Source: Lepidodermella squamata | Lineage: Eukaryota; Animalia; Gastrotricha | NCBI GenBank assembly: GCA_047495785.1 | Contig: JBLDXI010000030.1 | Location: 930,001-994,000, forward strand | Length of the DNA: 64,000 bases | Direction of reading: 5' to 3' | In this document: positions 60,172 to 64,000 of the stretch, piece after piece | Numbering within the stretch: position 1 is the stretch's first letter | Layout: every line of letters begins with the position of its first letter | Notes under the pieces: model-generated | What the model was told of the DNA's origin: nothing | Database searches by the model: none | Seen by the model: the letters and a program-made list of their open reading frames with translations, nothing else | Program-made: the position numbers and the translations under genes

Positions 60172-61296
60172 TCAATCATCGGTGAACTCAAAAAATGCGA
60201 CAAGAGCGGAAATAACAACAAAAATCACCAAGAGAAATGCTACAACAGTATCGGCTAGTCGTAACCGGCTCATGTTGATAATTATTTTTGTGCCTAATAG
60301 TGGCCCGAATTTCCGCGGTTTCAGCAGAGATTTGCTGGACGCGAGCATGCAAGTGGCCAGGGAATAAAGGATACATGCTACTCCAATGTACAACTGCGAT
60401 GTTATGAACGAAACTATGATAACGCTTTCCGAAGTTGTCGGGATCTCGTTTTGAAGGGACTGTTGAAGGAAGAAGAAAGCAAGAATTACCGAAACGCCAT
60501 AGTACGGTCTATTAGTATCTTGTGGGGGTATTAGGATGAAAGCCATTTGTAGGATGATAAGAGCTATTGAGGGCAGCAAAACATCTGATATGAAATGCGC
60601 TAATTTCCTCGAGAAAGAAAACGTGAAAATCATCTGACAAAAGCGAAGATCCGGCACAGAGGGGTAAATCCGAAAATCGATAGATGTAGTAATATTGTCG
60701 AGGTTCCAAATACTTGACACGGGGACGAAATTGCTGAAAACCGGTTGGGAGATTCGCGAGGCATTGACATATCTAGTATCTCGGTAGAACTCGAGTTTCA
60801 GATTACATTCCTGTTTATCGAACGGGTATTTTCTGAACTTGAAGTCGCAAAGAAGATCAAACCGAAGGGAATTCAACCATTTCGTAGTTCCGTCCCCCTC
60901 CAGCGCAATGTAGCTGCTATCAGCGTGGCTCAAACTGAGTGTAACAACTTCCAGAGCGGTTAGGTGCATCAATTCAGGGATCCATGTGTCTGACGCTTTC
61001 ATGTAAGCATTTTTCATGGAGTTGTTCTTCGGCCACGCTTTTTCAACGCAAGGGTTGTGCCACGTCATGGATTGTCGAGCTACAAATGAAAATTGTTGAT
61101 TCAACTCGTCGATTTCGATGAACCTCAGAGGAGTTAAGGAAGGCTTAATCATGACACTGCCATCCGTAGGCCGAAGATAGCGACCGGTTTTCCAGCAAGC
61201 AGCTTCAAGAGCTTCGTGTACTTCCAATTCATCTCTAGAAAACGGGGTGATCAAGACTACAGCAGTCAGGAGAAGGATTAGGATCGGAAAAATCAT
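60172..61296 (-). CDS. Cys-loop pLGIC subunit, subfamily C, intronless, intact (374 aa)
   Basis: Signal peptide, LRP, WIPEL, CDFKFRKYPFDKQEC, four TMs; paralog of 48899-50077. Confidence 0.92.
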   Translation of the reverse strand: MIFPILILLLTAVVLITPFSRDELEVHEALEAACWKTGRYLRPTDGSVMIKPSLTPLRFIEIDELNQQFSFVARQSMTWHNPCVEKAWPKNNSMKNAYMKASDTWIPELMHLTALEVVTLSLSHADSSYIALEGDGTTKWLNSLRFDLLCDFKFRKYPFDKQECNLKLEFYRDTRYVNASRISQPVFSNFVPVSSIWNLDNITTSIDFRIYPSVPDLRFCQMIFTFSFSRKLAHFISDVLLPSIALIILQMAFILIPPQDTNRPYYGVSVILAFFFLQQSLQNEIPTTSESVIIVSFITSQLYIGVACILYSLATCMLASSKSLLKPRKFGPLLGTKIIINMSRLRLADTVVAFLLVIFVVISALVAFFEFTDD

Positions 61297-61615
61297 TTTT
61301 CTAAATTGTATGAGTTTTTCAACTTGCTCCGAATATGAAATTTTTGCAATTTCCTTGTAAATACTGTCTGTATTTGCGTAACCGGCATTGTTGATTCAGC
61401 AGTGAAGTGTAAAATATGATCAATCGATGAGATGCAAAGTAGCGCAGCTGCAGAAAAATGCACAGCACTGCAGTTAGATCGCCCGCCCAGCTTCGAGATT
61501 TCTTTATTTCATGAAAATATAGCAAACATTTGACTTCCTTCTATATATAATTTTTCAATCAAGCTTTAGAGATTCAAAACGAATTTCATTTAGAAATGAA
61601 AAAAATTGGTTTATC

Positions 61616-62888
61616 TCACATAGCCATCAAACAAATCAAAACAACGTCAGACAGTGAGATGAAGGCGCCAACGAAAAAAGTCACCGAGGCATCGAGTAGC
61701 CTGATTTTAGAAATTGAATATCGCATTATTTTGACTTTTGATTGAAACGCTGGTTTATCAGCGAGGGGACACGCGATAAGCATATAAATCGTCAGAACAA
61801 TTCCGGCTCCGTATTTCAAAGCGATGAGAAGCACGATATAGACTAGTTCAGACGTTTCAGGGATCATAGTGAAAAGCATCCCCAAGGTTACAGAATTCGC
61901 TAAAACGACGGTCATGCTGAAAGATGGTCTATCAGGTGCTTCAGGCGGTATTATCACAGCCATCATTTGAGTGACATACAACCCATACGTAGGCAGAAAG
62001 ATTGTTGCGACATAGTAGATAGGTTTCCGCTTAACAGCTATGGAGAACACGATAGTTGAAATTGATCTATTAAATTCGGCCTTAAAGCTTGAAACCGAGT
62101 AGCTGTGACTTGCGTAGCTCCAAATATCTGAATCGCTAAGAAATGCTGGGTTGATCCTGAAGTTGTTCACTATAACGCTTATTTTATCGGCTCGGTCTGT
62201 GCCCCAAAATGTTAAGCTGCAGTGAAAAACGTCGAAAGGAAACTTTCTGAATGAAGTATCGCTGCATATCGAGTTTATTGTTCCGAGGCTGTCGTAGGTA
62301 GCTCGGATTCTTCCATTATCGTCAAGATTTAGCTCAACATTGGTTCCGAGGCTGAAAGTAAGAATGATTGATAAGCCGGAGGTCTTTAATGGGAATTGGT
62401 TTACTTTTGAAGAGTTTGGCTGCTTTCAGCACCATTTGCATGAGTAAACTGCGGGTACCAGATCGGACTTTCATCCGGTTTCCCGATGGGCAGCCAAAAA
62501 TTTATTGTTTCAGGCTGTTTCCAGCAGGCGTCTTGATTGGCAGGGAGTTCTAATGTTGAGCAGTTGAAAACTTGCCCGCAGTTGTAGTACCAAGTGAACC
62601 GTGCGTAAATCGATATAGATAGACTGATCAATAAAAGATCGAATAGAAAATGAAGGAGGGGTGAAGATGTTACCCTTTATTCAAATCATTGATGCCAACA
62701 AGTCGCATGGCAGTGAAGATTGCATTTACTCCTAACGGTTCCTTGCAATTCAGAAGGTTGTCGGCTGGTAAGTTCGGTGAAAAAATGTCAGGGCTAGCTT
62801 TTGCAAGATCATCGCGGATAGAGCTAATGTAGGTAGTTTTGCCTACGTTCGCATTTGCGATAATCACTAGAGGAACAATTTTAATCAT
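61616..62888 (-). CDS. Cys-loop pLGIC subunit, subfamily D, intact (389 aa)
   Basis: Exons 62888-62674, 62623-62405, 62351-61616; same intron positions as B; Cys-loop CSDTSFRKFPFDVFHC read manually. Confidence 0.9.
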
Positions 62889-63746
62889 GTTTTATCGAAG
62901 CGGTTGAAGACTGAGCAATGGAATGAGCACTACGAAAACGGCTACATTTTTTTAATAAGCTTGTAGTTTTATTTGAGTAAACAGAAGGATCACGTGAAAA
63001 AGGATTATATTGCCGAACAATCAATAAATTGCTCCGCCACCAATCAAAAGCCAATCATGCGTGATGAACATCTAAAATCCCGTTCATGCTGTAAAAAAAC
63101 AGATTTTTTCTGAGATTTTCTCCACATATTATTGACATTGTTCGTCTATCCTTTGATGAACATATTAAACAATATCATTAGACAACACAAACATTTATGC
63201 CTGTTTCAAGCGCCAACCAGTGCTCCGAGTACGGGGGGTAAGGGGGGGGGGGGGGGGGTAAACAAACCGCCCTGGCGTTCGAAAAACGTAAGGGTCCGCC
63301 CTGTTGATTTGCAAATTTTTGGCTCAAAATGCTCGATTTACACCCTACTGACCTGAACCTAGTCGGATCTCTGGCGCCTACGACTACTACTTTAGCTGAT
63401 TACTCGTGTTTCTTGTATATTAACATATCAATTGAGATGGGGATATTTATCGCCTTGGCAATATGAAATTGAGCAACGAAGAGGATCGAGGAATCGAGTT
63501 TACAAATCGACCTTATTCGAAGTTATTTTTTCACCAGATGCTATACGAGCCAGCGCGAAGTAGGATCCTCAAACTATTTTTGGGGGCTATTAATGCGGGT
63601 TTTCCACTTCGGCCTGCGAACAAAATTCTCCCCGCTCCCCCCTCCTTTCCCCCTTTCCCTCCCCTCCGTTCAACACCGTAATTCTCGCACTAAATCTGGT
63701 CAAAACTTCAACAACATTTATTTATCAAGGAATCATTATGTTTACC

Positions 63747-64000
63747 TTACGAAGCAATCAAACAAATTAAAACAATGTCAGACAGTGAGATGAAGGCGCC
63801 AATAAAAATAGTAACAGAAGCATCGAGAAGCCTAATTTTAGAAGTTGTATATCGACATATGTCAACTTTAGCCTTAAACGCTGGTTTCGTAGCGAGGGGA
63901 CATGCAATAAGCATGTAAATCGTCAGAACAATTCCGGCTCCGTATTTCAATGCGATGAGAAGCACAATATAGACGAGCTCCGACGTTTGAGGGATCATAG
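63747..64000 (-). CDS. Subfamily D pLGIC, 3' end only (runs off window end)
   Basis: M2-M3 loop, M3 and M4 closely matching 61616-61870. Confidence 0.85.
   Translation of the reverse strand, partial: MIPQTSELVYIVLLIALKYGAGIVLTIYMLIACPLATKPAFKAKVDICRYTTSKIRLLDASVTIFIGAFISLSDIVLICLIAS

Noticed and set aside
63231-63670. G-rich and C-rich ends suggesting a TIR element or G-quadruplex
   Set aside because: Low-complexity match only; no TSD or precise TIR could be defined
1-64000. Prokaryotic or horizontally acquired GLIC/ELIC-type operon
   Set aside because: Spliceosomal introns, true Cys-loop cysteines and animal transposons indicate a metazoan nuclear locus

Overview
Eukaryotic (metazoan-type) genomic DNA with short 49-64 nt GT-AG introns; the organism cannot be identified from the sequence. 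The window is almost entirely a dense tandem array of about 31 loci encoding highly divergent pentameric Cys-loop ligand-gated ion channel (pLGIC, nicotinic-receptor-like) subunits of about 375-395 aa: 16 apparently intact, 2 cut by the window edges and about 13 pseudogenes or remnants. They form four subfamilies: A (intronless, C-x14-C loop), B (3 exons, C-x13-C), C (intronless, C-x13-C) and D (3 exons, C-x14-C). All lack the acetylcholine-binding signature (no loop C YxCC, no loop B Trp), have almost no M3-M4 intracellular domain, carry extra extracellular cysteines and have unusual M2 filter motifs. One divergent GABA-B-like class C GPCR with a single frameshift sits inside the array. The array shows active birth-and-death evolution: a near-perfect 9,558-bp tandem duplication, repeated A(-)/B(+)/B(-) cassettes, patchy gene conversion, and many transposon insertions (Tc3-like, CACTA-like, hAT, P-like, pogo-like MITEs, a MULE fragment, a solo LTR). 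Best hypothesis (inference): a lineage-specific ionotropic sensory/chemoreceptor repertoire derived from Cys-loop receptors, analogous to cephalopod chemotactile receptors.
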